A program made the position numbers and the translations under genes. A model generated the notes under the pieces. That model did no database searches and was not told where the DNA came from. It worked only from the letters and a program-made list of their open reading frames with translations. From Candidatus Hydrogenedentota bacterium (GTDB lineage: Bacteria; Hydrogenedentota; Hydrogenedentia; Hydrogenedentales; JAEUWI01), in NCBI GenBank assembly GCA_034669905.1, contig JAXMOL010000006.1, positions 32,001 to 96,000 of the forward strand: a stretch of DNA of 64,000 nucleotides, given 5' to 3'. Within the stretch, counting starts at the first letter, position 1. The number at the start of each line of letters is the position of its first letter. Of this stretch, positions 37,495-46,082 are shown piece by piece.

Positions 37495-38616
37495 GTGTCG
37501 TCCGAGACATATGAATACATAGAGACCCAACCCGCTTGGGACTCCTGCCTCGCCTTGCTCGAACGCGAGCCAATTGTCGCGGTTGATCTGGAAGCCAATA
37601 GTCTTTACGCCTACCGTGAGCAAGTCTGTCTTATACAGATTTCCATTCCGGGCAATGACTACATTGTCGATCCCCTGGCCGATATTGATCTCTCCGGTTT
37701 CGGACGCCTGCTTGGTAATCCGGCCATCGAAAAAGTATTTCACGCATCCGAATACGATCTGATGCTGCTCATGCGGGACTACGACTGGCAGTTGCGTAAT
37801 CTCTTTGACACCATGTGGGCGGCACGTATCCTGGGCTACAAACATATGGGGTTGGCCTGGTTTCTTCGGGAATTCTATGGCGTTGAGCTGACGAAGAAAT
37901 ACCAGAAGGCCAACTGGGGTGCCCGCCCCTTATTGCCTGAACTGCTGGCCTATGCCCAGGCGGATACCCACCACTTGCTCGATCTGCGCCATGCCCTGGC
38001 CGAGCGGCTGGAGGAAGCAGGGCGCATGCAAGAGGCCCTGGAAATCTTTGAGCAGCAATGCCAGGTTCGTCTGCCCGACCAGGAATTTACGCCCGATGGG
38101 TTCTGGTCCATTCGTGGTGCCCGAACCCTGGCGCCCAATGAGCAGGCGGTTCTGAAAGCACTCTACGTCTTTCGGGACGAAGAGTCCCGCCGTCGTAATC
38201 AACCGGCCTTTAAGGTGTTGAACAACGAAGGCCTCGTTGGCATGGCGACGGCACTGCCGGACAGCAAAGAGGCATTGGGCAAGGTGCGGGGCATCGGGGT
38301 GCGCAATGTGGAGCGCTACGGGTCTCGCTTGTTGGAAATCATCCGCACCGCCCAGTCCGATCCGGCACCGGAGCGGCCCAAACGAAAGAAGCGGCCGGAC
38401 CCCAAGGCCGCCGATCGATTCGAGAAATTGTCCCAATGGCGTCGGGACCGAGCCCAGGCGCGGGGCGTGGAGTCGGATGTGATCCTGTCTCGCGAGACCA
38501 TGTGGGATATTGCGCGGGGCAACCCCAATTCTCTGGATGATCTGGCGCAGATACCGGGGATTGGGCCCTGTCGCCTCGATCTCCACGGGGAAGCCATTCT
38601 GGATGAATTAGACTAG
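37495..38616 (+). CDS. rnd: Ribonuclease D (DEDD exonuclease + two HRDC domains)
   Basis: AVDLEA, VCLIQIS, KVFHASEYD, LFDTM, YAQADT; WRRDRAQARGV HRDC; GTG start inferred. Confidence 0.9.
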   Translation: MSSETYEYIETQPAWDSCLALLEREPIVAVDLEANSLYAYREQVCLIQISIPGNDYIVDPLADIDLSGFGRLLGNPAIEKVFHASEYDLMLLMRDYDWQLRNLFDTMWAARILGYKHMGLAWFLREFYGVELTKKYQKANWGARPLLPELLAYAQADTHHLLDLRHALAERLEEAGRMQEALEIFEQQCQVRLPDQEFTPDGFWSIRGARTLAPNEQAVLKALYVFRDEESRRRNQPAFKVLNNEGLVGMATALPDSKEALGKVRGIGVRNVERYGSRLLEIIRTAQSDPAPERPKRKKRPDPKAADRFEKLSQWRRDRAQARGVESDVILSRETMWDIARGNPNSLDDLAQIPGIGPCRLDLHGEAILDELD

Positions 38617-38736
38617 GGGGGGCTGCTCCGTCGCGATCATTCAATCCGGGGGGGTGAATGTGCTATATTGCTACGGGCTGCGGGGAGAGCAATCCCGTCG
38701 CTTCGCACGGGCCAGTCACCGAGAAATTACTACTAC

Positions 38737-40032
38737 ATGGACGCTCACGATCCCCATACATCACCTCCCCCAAGCCCCGATGACGTAAACCCGCGCCTCG
38801 TCAAAGTGGCCCGTCTCGAATTTCTCCTTTTGCTTGGGCGTTATGCCATCCTTGCGCTTTATGGCCTGCTCTACCACTACGAGAAGGCCCCCTTCGATGG
38901 CTGGGGCTTGCTTGTACTCGCGGTCCCGTATTTGGTGCATAACGCGGCCGTACACTGGATCGGCAACGCGGGCCGCTATCACCTCTATCTCCGGGGGGCC
39001 AATCTGCTGGTTCATCTGGTGCAGATCACCATACTGGTTACCTTGACCGGAGCCGAAAACAGCCCCTTCACGATCGCGTTTTTCTTTGTGTTGTTGGCCC
39101 AGGTGTTTTACGCGCCCCATTTTCGACATATTCATACCGTTGTTTTCGGTTGTGTCATTGCGTACCTCATGGCCGTTGTGGCCCATGTCATTGTCGATAA
39201 AACGCCGCCCTCCTGGTTGCGATTGGTCGTCACGCTCGGCGGGATGGTGTTCTGCTACGGGCTCATTCGCGCCCTCGCCAACCTGCTTTTCACGATTGAA
39301 TTGGGACTCCAGACCCGCGCACAGGAGTTGGCGTCTTCCAAGGCAACCTTGCGGACCATACTCGACTCGGCTGGCGGTGCGATTATTGTGTACGATGAGA
39401 ACGAGTTCATTACCGATGGCAATGCCCGGGCCTGTGAGTTCTTCAAGCGCCCCCGGGAGCGGCTACTCGGGCTGCGCTTTCGTCAGTTCTTTTTTGATGA
39501 CGGCACCTTGCCGAGTAAGCTGGCCACCTTGAACGCCCGGGGCGAATACCAGGGCGAACTCCTTGCCGTGCTCCCGGAAGGGGACGAGTTCAACGTGAAT
39601 GTGTCGGTGCGATCATTCATTCAGGAAGGCCGCCGCTTCTTCGTGGCGCTGCTCCACGATGTGACGGAGCAGAAGCACATTCAGGAAGCGACCCGGAAGG
39701 CCAATATCCGCCTGGAGCAGATTAACCAGGAACTCCAGCAGGTAGATTCGCTCCGCAACGCCTTTTTCGGGGCGGTGTCGCAACGGCTTCGTTCCCCCCT
39801 TTCCGCCATCCTGGGGTATGCTGATTTGCTGCTGGAGGAGGAGCTGGGGGCGCTGAATGCGGAACAGCGTAAAGCGGTCCAGAGTTGCCGGCGCAGTGTT
39901 ACCCGTGTTTTTGGTTTGGTCGATGAGGCCTTCGAAGATCAGCGGAGCGCCAGCAGGGAAGGCCAAATCCCGACGGCCCCCCTGCAGAACGTGCCCTCTT
40001 CGTCCGCACGAATCGGAAGTCATTCCGACTGA
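38737..40032 (+). CDS. Membrane PAS sensor with degenerate HisKA domain and no ATPase domain
   Basis: About 5-6 TM segments, PAS (ILDSAGGAII..HDVTEQK), FFGAVSQRLRSPLSAILGYADLL (H to Q), stop shortly after HisKA. Confidence 0.8.
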   Translation: MDAHDPHTSPPPSPDDVNPRLVKVARLEFLLLLGRYAILALYGLLYHYEKAPFDGWGLLVLAVPYLVHNAAVHWIGNAGRYHLYLRGANLLVHLVQITILVTLTGAENSPFTIAFFFVLLAQVFYAPHFRHIHTVVFGCVIAYLMAVVAHVIVDKTPPSWLRLVVTLGGMVFCYGLIRALANLLFTIELGLQTRAQELASSKATLRTILDSAGGAIIVYDENEFITDGNARACEFFKRPRERLLGLRFRQFFFDDGTLPSKLATLNARGEYQGELLAVLPEGDEFNVNVSVRSFIQEGRRFFVALLHDVTEQKHIQEATRKANIRLEQINQELQQVDSLRNAFFGAVSQRLRSPLSAILGYADLLLEEELGALNAEQRKAVQSCRRSVTRVFGLVDEAFEDQRSASREGQIPTAPLQNVPSSSARIGSHSD

Positions 40033-40153
40033 GTGGGCGCCATTTCCCGCGCCTTCTATTGATCCCGAATCCACCCACATGAGACAATAAAGGCCCCTTG
40101 GAGACCCATTCGCAGGTTTCCGCCACGTTACTGAATCAGGAAGGATTCCCACG

Positions 40154-41374
40154 ATGTCCGAGCTACAAGGTAAGGCTCTCGTCGCCCAGGGCGGCGGACC
40201 GACCGCAGTTATTAACCAGAGTTTTGTCGGTGCCGTGCTGGAAGCACGCAAATCCCCCTATGTTTCCCATGTTTATGGTGCCCTCCACGGTGTGAATGGC
40301 ATTATCAACGAGAACTTCATCGACCTGACCGAAGCCACCACGCACAATCTTGAAGCCGTGGCGCAAACCCCTTCGTCCGGATTGCTTTCCACCCGGGACA
40401 AGCCCGACGTGGAGTATTGCAAAAAGATTTTCGGCATTTGTAAGCTTCATGGCATCCGCTATTTCATGTATTGCGGTGGTAACGACAGTGCCGATACCTG
40501 CCGCATCGTGAATGAAGAAGCCAACAAGGCGGGCTACGAGCTGCGGGTTATTCACATCCCCAAGACCATCGACAACGACCTGCTTGTCACCGACCACTGC
40601 CCGGGATTTGGCTCGGCCGCCCGCTATGTGGCCCAGGCCTTTGCCGGCGTGAATCTTGATAACCGTGCCCTTCCGGGCGTGTACCTCGGCATCATCATGG
40701 GGCGTCACGCCGGGTTCCTTACGGCGGCCTCCTGCATGGCCCGGAAGTACTCCGACGACGGTCCCCACCTTATCTATCTTCCCGAGCGGCCCCTCTCCAA
40801 AGAGCAGTTTGTCTCGGATATCGAGGCGGTCTATAAGAAGCATGGCCGTTGTATCGTGGCCGTTTCGGAAGGCGTCGTGGATGCCGACGGGAAAGCCATT
40901 GCCGAGCAGTTTACCGGTGGTGAGCGGGATGCCCACGGCAACGTGCAGCTTTCCGGAACCGGTGCCCTGGGCGATTTGCTCAGCTCCTGGGTGAAAGAAG
41001 GTACTGATATTTCCCGCGTGCGCGCCGATACGCTGGGCTACATTCAGCGTAGCTTCCTGGGCTGTGTCAGCGAGAGTGACGCGCGGGAAGCCCGTGAAGT
41101 CGGCGAAAAAGCCGCCCAGTATGCTATCTGGCACAACCAGGATGGCTCCGTGGCCATGCGCCGCGTCGGTGACTATGCGATTGAGTACTTCCTCACGCCG
41201 CTGGAAACGGTGGCCCGGAACAGCCGCGAGATGGCCGATGAATTCATCAACGAGGCCGGTAACGATGTGACCGAAGCCTTCCGCAACTACGTACGTCCCC
41301 TCGTAGGGGACTTGCCACTTGCCGAGCGTATCAGCGCACCGGCCGTTCCTAAGATTGCGTCGAAGAACAGCTGA
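40154..41374 (+). CDS. pfp: 6-phosphofructokinase, probably pyrophosphate-dependent
   Basis: QGGGPTAVIN, GGNDS (Asp), PKTIDND (Lys), MGRHAGF, GYIQR. Confidence 0.9.
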   Translation: MSELQGKALVAQGGGPTAVINQSFVGAVLEARKSPYVSHVYGALHGVNGIINENFIDLTEATTHNLEAVAQTPSSGLLSTRDKPDVEYCKKIFGICKLHGIRYFMYCGGNDSADTCRIVNEEANKAGYELRVIHIPKTIDNDLLVTDHCPGFGSAARYVAQAFAGVNLDNRALPGVYLGIIMGRHAGFLTAASCMARKYSDDGPHLIYLPERPLSKEQFVSDIEAVYKKHGRCIVAVSEGVVDADGKAIAEQFTGGERDAHGNVQLSGTGALGDLLSSWVKEGTDISRVRADTLGYIQRSFLGCVSESDAREAREVGEKAAQYAIWHNQDGSVAMRRVGDYAIEYFLTPLETVARNSREMADEFINEAGNDVTEAFRNYVRPLVGDLPLAERISAPAVPKIASKNS

Positions 41375-41398
41375 CCGCAGTCATTTAATCGCTTGTTC

Positions 41399-41436
41399 AG
41401 TGCCGGTCATGTTCTCGTGCATGGCCGGCACTTTTT
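41399..41436 (+). terminator. Rho-independent terminator
   Basis: AGTGCCGGTCATG-loop-CATGGCCGGCACT followed by TTTT. Confidence 0.82.
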
Positions 41437-41526
41437 ACAGAGGGAAGGGTGCTTCGAAGCGAAGGCGTCGGAGTGATACGCGAAACGAAACGTCGCGCAC
41501 GCGGCGAACAACCGAGGACTCCTATC

Positions 41527-42408
41527 ATGCCCAAGTCAGACGACGTCGACTGGTTCAAACAGACCTTGCGCGCTACCTTTCCTTATCTGGTATTTATCTT
41601 CGTGTTTATTCTGGGGACCGTCCTCATCATGGTGTGGGCGGCCTATGCGGAGGAAGCCGGGAAGCCCACGCTCCTTCCCCAGGCCCACTCCCACAATGAC
41701 TACTATCGGGAGCGACCGCTGGAAGATGCGTTGGCACTCGGCTTTTGCAGTGTCGAGGCCGATATTCATCTGGTCGACGGCACCTTGCTCGTGGCCCACG
41801 ATCTCGACAAGGTGTCGGCGGAAAAGACCTTGAGCGCCCTCTATCTCCAGCCGCTCTACGCGCGCTTTCAGCAGTTCGGAAGTATCTACCCGGAAGCGGC
41901 CCCCTTCCAGCTGCTCATAGATATCAAGAGCGACGGTGAAAGCACCTTTGCGGCACTGCAGCAGGAGCTCCTTGCCTTCGAATCCATGTTGACCCACTTC
42001 ACTGCGGATTCGACCACGCCCGGCGCGGTTACCGTGGTGGTCTCGGGCAACCGGGCTGTGGATGCTATTCTGGGCGCAAAACCCCGGCTGTCGGGTATCG
42101 ACGGGCGCCTCCAGGATTTGGATGGTGCCTATACGGCCCATCAGATGCCCCTCATCAGTGACAACTGGACCAAGCATTTTCGCTGGCGCGGTAAGGGGGA
42201 CCTCCCCGAAGCGGAAATGGAACGGCTCCGGTCTATCGTCACGCAGACCCATGAAAAGGGCATGCGCCTGCGCTTCTGGGCAACCCCGCAGCGGGACGAT
42301 GTGTGGGCCACGCTCTACGCGGCGGGCGTTGATGTCTTGAATGCCGACGACTTGAAGGCCCTTCGGGACGTATTGCAGGCTGCCGACGCCGAAAAAGCAG
42401 GTCGTTAA
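41527..42408 (+). CDS. PLC-like/glycerophosphodiester phosphodiesterase family protein, membrane anchored
   Basis: AHSHNDY, GFCSVEADI, LLVAHD, LLIDIK, RFWATP. Confidence 0.82.
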   Translation: MPKSDDVDWFKQTLRATFPYLVFIFVFILGTVLIMVWAAYAEEAGKPTLLPQAHSHNDYYRERPLEDALALGFCSVEADIHLVDGTLLVAHDLDKVSAEKTLSALYLQPLYARFQQFGSIYPEAAPFQLLIDIKSDGESTFAALQQELLAFESMLTHFTADSTTPGAVTVVVSGNRAVDAILGAKPRLSGIDGRLQDLDGAYTAHQMPLISDNWTKHFRWRGKGDLPEAEMERLRSIVTQTHEKGMRLRFWATPQRDDVWATLYAAGVDVLNADDLKALRDVLQAADAEKAGR

Positions 42409-42437
42409 TCGCTTCTACTACCGAAAGCAGGAATTTC

Positions 42438-43199
42438 ATGGCTGAGAACACGGGCGATCGCGCCTTTCGCATTACCGGGCCCGTGGTGGTGACCAATGAC
42501 GATGGTATTGAGGCCGACGGCCTTCAGCACCTCGTGGCCGCACTGGAGCCCATTGTCGACGGCGCGGTCTATGTGGTTGCTCCCTCGAAATGCTACTCCG
42601 GATGTAGCCAGCAGGTCAGCATGAGTCATGGGATTGCCGTTCAATCAGCAGGGGAGCGGCACTTCGCTGTCGATGGCTCTCCGGCCGATTGCACCCGCCT
42701 TGCCCTGACCCACCTGGTCCCCGATTGTCGCTTACTGCTTTCCGGCATCAATCACGGCGGAAACATGGGCCACGATATTCTACTTTCTGGTACGGTGGGG
42801 GCCGCGCGGGAGAGTGCGGTGATGGGCGTTTCGGCCGTCGCCTTTTCCCAATACTTCCAGGGGCAGCGCCAGGTGGATTGGTCGGCTTCTGCAGCGTTGG
42901 CCCTGGTCGCCCTCTCCACGATTATGCAGGATCCCGCGTGCGAAGAAGCGGCGCTGTGGAATATCAATTTGCCCCATCGTCCCAAGGGGACGGAGGGGAT
43001 GCCGGAAATCACCTTCAGCGTACCCTGCACGGCGGCACTGCCCGTGGCCTATGTGGCGGAGGAGCAGGTGTACACCTACGACGGCGCCCGGTATCACGAG
43101 CGCCTGCAGGCACCGGGAACGGATGTAAGCGTTTGCTTCGGCGGCGGTATCTCTGTTTCCCGTCTCGCCGTGGGCCCCATGCCCTATCGCGCCACCTGA
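42438..43199 (+). CDS. surE: 5'/3'-nucleotidase SurE
   Basis: TNDDGI, VVAP, GSPADC, SGINHGGNMG, SGTVGAARE. Confidence 0.93.
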   Translation: MAENTGDRAFRITGPVVVTNDDGIEADGLQHLVAALEPIVDGAVYVVAPSKCYSGCSQQVSMSHGIAVQSAGERHFAVDGSPADCTRLALTHLVPDCRLLLSGINHGGNMGHDILLSGTVGAARESAVMGVSAVAFSQYFQGQRQVDWSASAALALVALSTIMQDPACEEAALWNINLPHRPKGTEGMPEITFSVPCTAALPVAYVAEEQVYTYDGARYHERLQAPGTDVSVCFGGGISVSRLAVGPMPYRAT

Positions 43200-43519
43200 C
43201 ATTGTGCGGTCGGTTGCGGATTTCCGAGAGGATACCGTATGCTGAGTTGATTCCAATTGACATCCTGAGTGAAACCCCCGGCTCTGCCAGTGAGAATTCA
43301 TACGGCATTGCCGTTCCTGCATGAGTAGTTGGCATTCATACACGGTGCGGTGTGTGCCATGTTCTTTTTTAGTCCCTACGGGACTAACTGCTTTGGCTTC
43401 GTACATGAGTAAGATGATTTGGCCCCTTTTAGGGGCCTTCCTCAAGCCACCCGCTCTGCAGGTAGCCACGGATCGACACGGTGGTCTCTCTGGTGCGAAG
43501 CGCCCGAAAAAGGAAATTC

Positions 43520-44626
43520 ATGTTCAAACCGACTTGCCTGATGGTGCTTGTAGTACTTCTCACCATGCCTGTATACGGAGTGGAAGGGACGACATGGCCG
43601 GCGCAACGTGACGGATTGCACCTGGCCTTTCAAGATGCCCTGCATCCGGCGGTGGCCTACGGGGCCGACGGCACCCCGATTCCAGGCTGGCGTTTTGATG
43701 CCATGGGGCTTGGCCGGGTGCGTCACGACGGTGCCCTGCTCGTGGGGAACGGGGGCTTTGAAGCGCAGACTATCGGCCAGTCCATGGGCGAGGCCTTCGA
43801 GAACAGCAGGGACTTCACGCTCAGTTTCGTCATGACCCCGACTGCCGCGGAGAACTCGGGGGATATCCTGGGGCTAGGTGCCGAGCTCGATTCCGCGGCG
43901 CGCTGGCTACAGATTTCGCAAGTAAACGACACCCTCCACGTTTCGCTGTACACCACGACCGAAGTATTGAAGCTCGTGGCGGGGAAGGTGACGCCGGGGC
44001 ATGCCACGACCGTAGCACTGACGTGCGATGAAGAGGCCTTGGTACTCTACCAGAATGGGCGGGAAGTGGCGCGCCATGCCGTGACCGGCGCGCCTCGGAC
44101 CACAACGCCCACCATCCCCATAGTTGGCCAATCCAAGGCCGATGTGAAGGGGTGGGAGGGTGCCGTGGAGGGGATTGTCCTTTACAAGAGATCGCTCCGT
44201 CCCGAGGCGGTGGCCGCCCTTCATACGTCATTCTCCGCCATACAAAAGGCGCGCGTGCCCGTCGAAACGTTGACCGTGCGTGCGACATTGCGGGAAAAGT
44301 CGACCCTGTTGACGCCCGCCGAGCTGGCGCCTTATGCACGGGGATTGACCGTATTTATCTATGATTTGGAGGAAGTCCTGGACGGGGAATATGAGAAGGA
44401 GACGGTCTACGTCGCCCATTGGACCGTGCTCGACCGGATGGCCCTTCCTTTTACGTCCGTAGCGGTCGGCACCACGCAGACCTTGCGGCTGGAGTTGTTG
44501 GACGAGAACCCCCAACTGGAATCTGAAAACCTCTCGGACGACAGCGTGATCGATTTCTCTATTCCCTATTACTACGACGCAGGAGGACGTTCCCTCCGCG
44601 CCCTTCCGTCCGAAACACGGCCGTAG
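43520..44626 (+). CDS. Secreted LamG/concanavalin-like protein with an uncharacterised C-terminal beta domain
   Basis: Signal peptide; DFTLSF, VALTCD..LVLYQNG, WEGAVEGIVLYKRSL. Confidence 0.72.
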   Translation: MFKPTCLMVLVVLLTMPVYGVEGTTWPAQRDGLHLAFQDALHPAVAYGADGTPIPGWRFDAMGLGRVRHDGALLVGNGGFEAQTIGQSMGEAFENSRDFTLSFVMTPTAAENSGDILGLGAELDSAARWLQISQVNDTLHVSLYTTTEVLKLVAGKVTPGHATTVALTCDEEALVLYQNGREVARHAVTGAPRTTTPTIPIVGQSKADVKGWEGAVEGIVLYKRSLRPEAVAALHTSFSAIQKARVPVETLTVRATLREKSTLLTPAELAPYARGLTVFIYDLEEVLDGEYEKETVYVAHWTVLDRMALPFTSVAVGTTQTLRLELLDENPQLESENLSDDSVIDFSIPYYYDAGGRSLRALPSETRP

Positions 44627-44636
44627 TGTTTCGCTT

Positions 44637-46073
44637 ATGGTATTCAGTTCACACCTGTTTATCCTCTACTTTCTTCCCGCGCTGCTGTTGGTATACTACG
44701 CCACGCCGGGGCGCTTCCGGGCGCTGCCGCTGACCCTTCTCAGTTATCTGTTTTATGGATGGGCCAATCCGGCCTTTGTGGTCCTCATGCTCTTTTCCAC
44801 CCTGGTGGACTACGCCATGGGGCTGCGTATCGCCACGGGTCAGATGGTCGAGGCGGAAGATCCCAGTCGGGGCAAAGGGATTCAGCGAAGGGCCCTTTTC
44901 CTCTCCATCGTTACCAATCTTTCCCTGCTGGGCTTCTTTAAATATGCCAATTTCGGCATTGAGAACTACAATGCCCTCTTCACCGCCCTGGGGTGGGAGG
45001 GAGCCCGGTGGGACACGGCCCTGCGCATCACCCTGCCACTGGGGATCAGCTTCTACACCTTTCAGTCCATGAGCTATACCATTGATGTTTATCGGCGGGA
45101 GGCTGCGCCAGAACGCAGTTTCGTGGCCTTTGCCTGTTACGTCTCCATGTTTCCCCAATTGGTGGCCGGTCCTATCGTGCGATTTCATGAGGTGGCCCAA
45201 CAACTGAACGGGCGTCTCCACACGGTGGAGAAGTTTTCCCGGGGCGTTGCCTTTTTCTCCCTGGGGCTTGCGAAGAAAGTATTGTTGGCCAACCCCTGTG
45301 GGCAGGTGGCCGATACCTGTTTCGATGCGGGGGCGGTTCACACTGTGGATGCCTGGTGGGGACTGTTGGCCTACGGCTTCCAGATCTATTTCGATTTCAG
45401 TGCCTACTCCGATATGGCTATTGGACTCGGGCTCATGCTGGGTTTCGTATTTCCCAAAAACTTTGACAGTCCCTATCGCGCTTCGTCCATTACAGAATTC
45501 TGGCATCGCTGGCATCTGTCCCTGTCCCACTTCCTTCGGGACTATCTCTACATCGCCCTGGGGGGCAACCGAAGGGGACAGGCCCGCACCTATGCCAATC
45601 TCATCCTGGTGATGTTGATTGGCGGCCTTTGGCATGGCGCCTCCTGGAACTTTGTGCTGTGGGGTGCCATTCATGGCGGTATGCTGGCATTGGAGCGGAC
45701 GCAGGGGAAGGAGAGTGTGTATCGGCGACTGCCCCACGCCCTACGTGTTGGTGTCACCTTTGCAATAGTATCGCTGGCCTGGATTTTCTTTCGCGCTGCC
45801 GATCTGCCCCAGGCCTGGGCCTATCTCCAGTCGGTGGTGGGTCTGGGTACGGACAGTGATGCGGCCGGTCTTCTTGCGGGCATGCTCTATCAGCCCTACT
45901 ACGTAATCACCATGGTGTTGGCAGCCGCCGTGACCTGGGCTGCACCCCAGACCTGGGATTTTACGCGGGAGATGACCGTGCCCAAAGCGGCCTGGTGTGG
46001 CGTGGCCCTCGTGGTCTCGCTGCTGGTGCTCGCAACGCAAAGCTACAACCCTTTTATCTACTTTATTTTCTAA
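44637..46073 (+). CDS. algI: MBOAT O-acetyltransferase (AlgI/PatA type)
   Basis: MVFSS..F, LPLGISFYTFQSMSY, FPQLVAGPIVR, QIYFDFSAYSDMAIG, FWHRWHLSLS, GLWHGASW, PFIYFIF. Confidence 0.93.
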   Translation: MVFSSHLFILYFLPALLLVYYATPGRFRALPLTLLSYLFYGWANPAFVVLMLFSTLVDYAMGLRIATGQMVEAEDPSRGKGIQRRALFLSIVTNLSLLGFFKYANFGIENYNALFTALGWEGARWDTALRITLPLGISFYTFQSMSYTIDVYRREAAPERSFVAFACYVSMFPQLVAGPIVRFHEVAQQLNGRLHTVEKFSRGVAFFSLGLAKKVLLANPCGQVADTCFDAGAVHTVDAWWGLLAYGFQIYFDFSAYSDMAIGLGLMLGFVFPKNFDSPYRASSITEFWHRWHLSLSHFLRDYLYIALGGNRRGQARTYANLILVMLIGGLWHGASWNFVLWGAIHGGMLALERTQGKESVYRRLPHALRVGVTFAIVSLAWIFFRAADLPQAWAYLQSVVGLGTDSDAAGLLAGMLYQPYYVITMVLAAAVTWAAPQTWDFTREMTVPKAAWCGVALVVSLLVLATQSYNPFIYFIF

Positions 46074-46082
46074 CGAGGTTTC

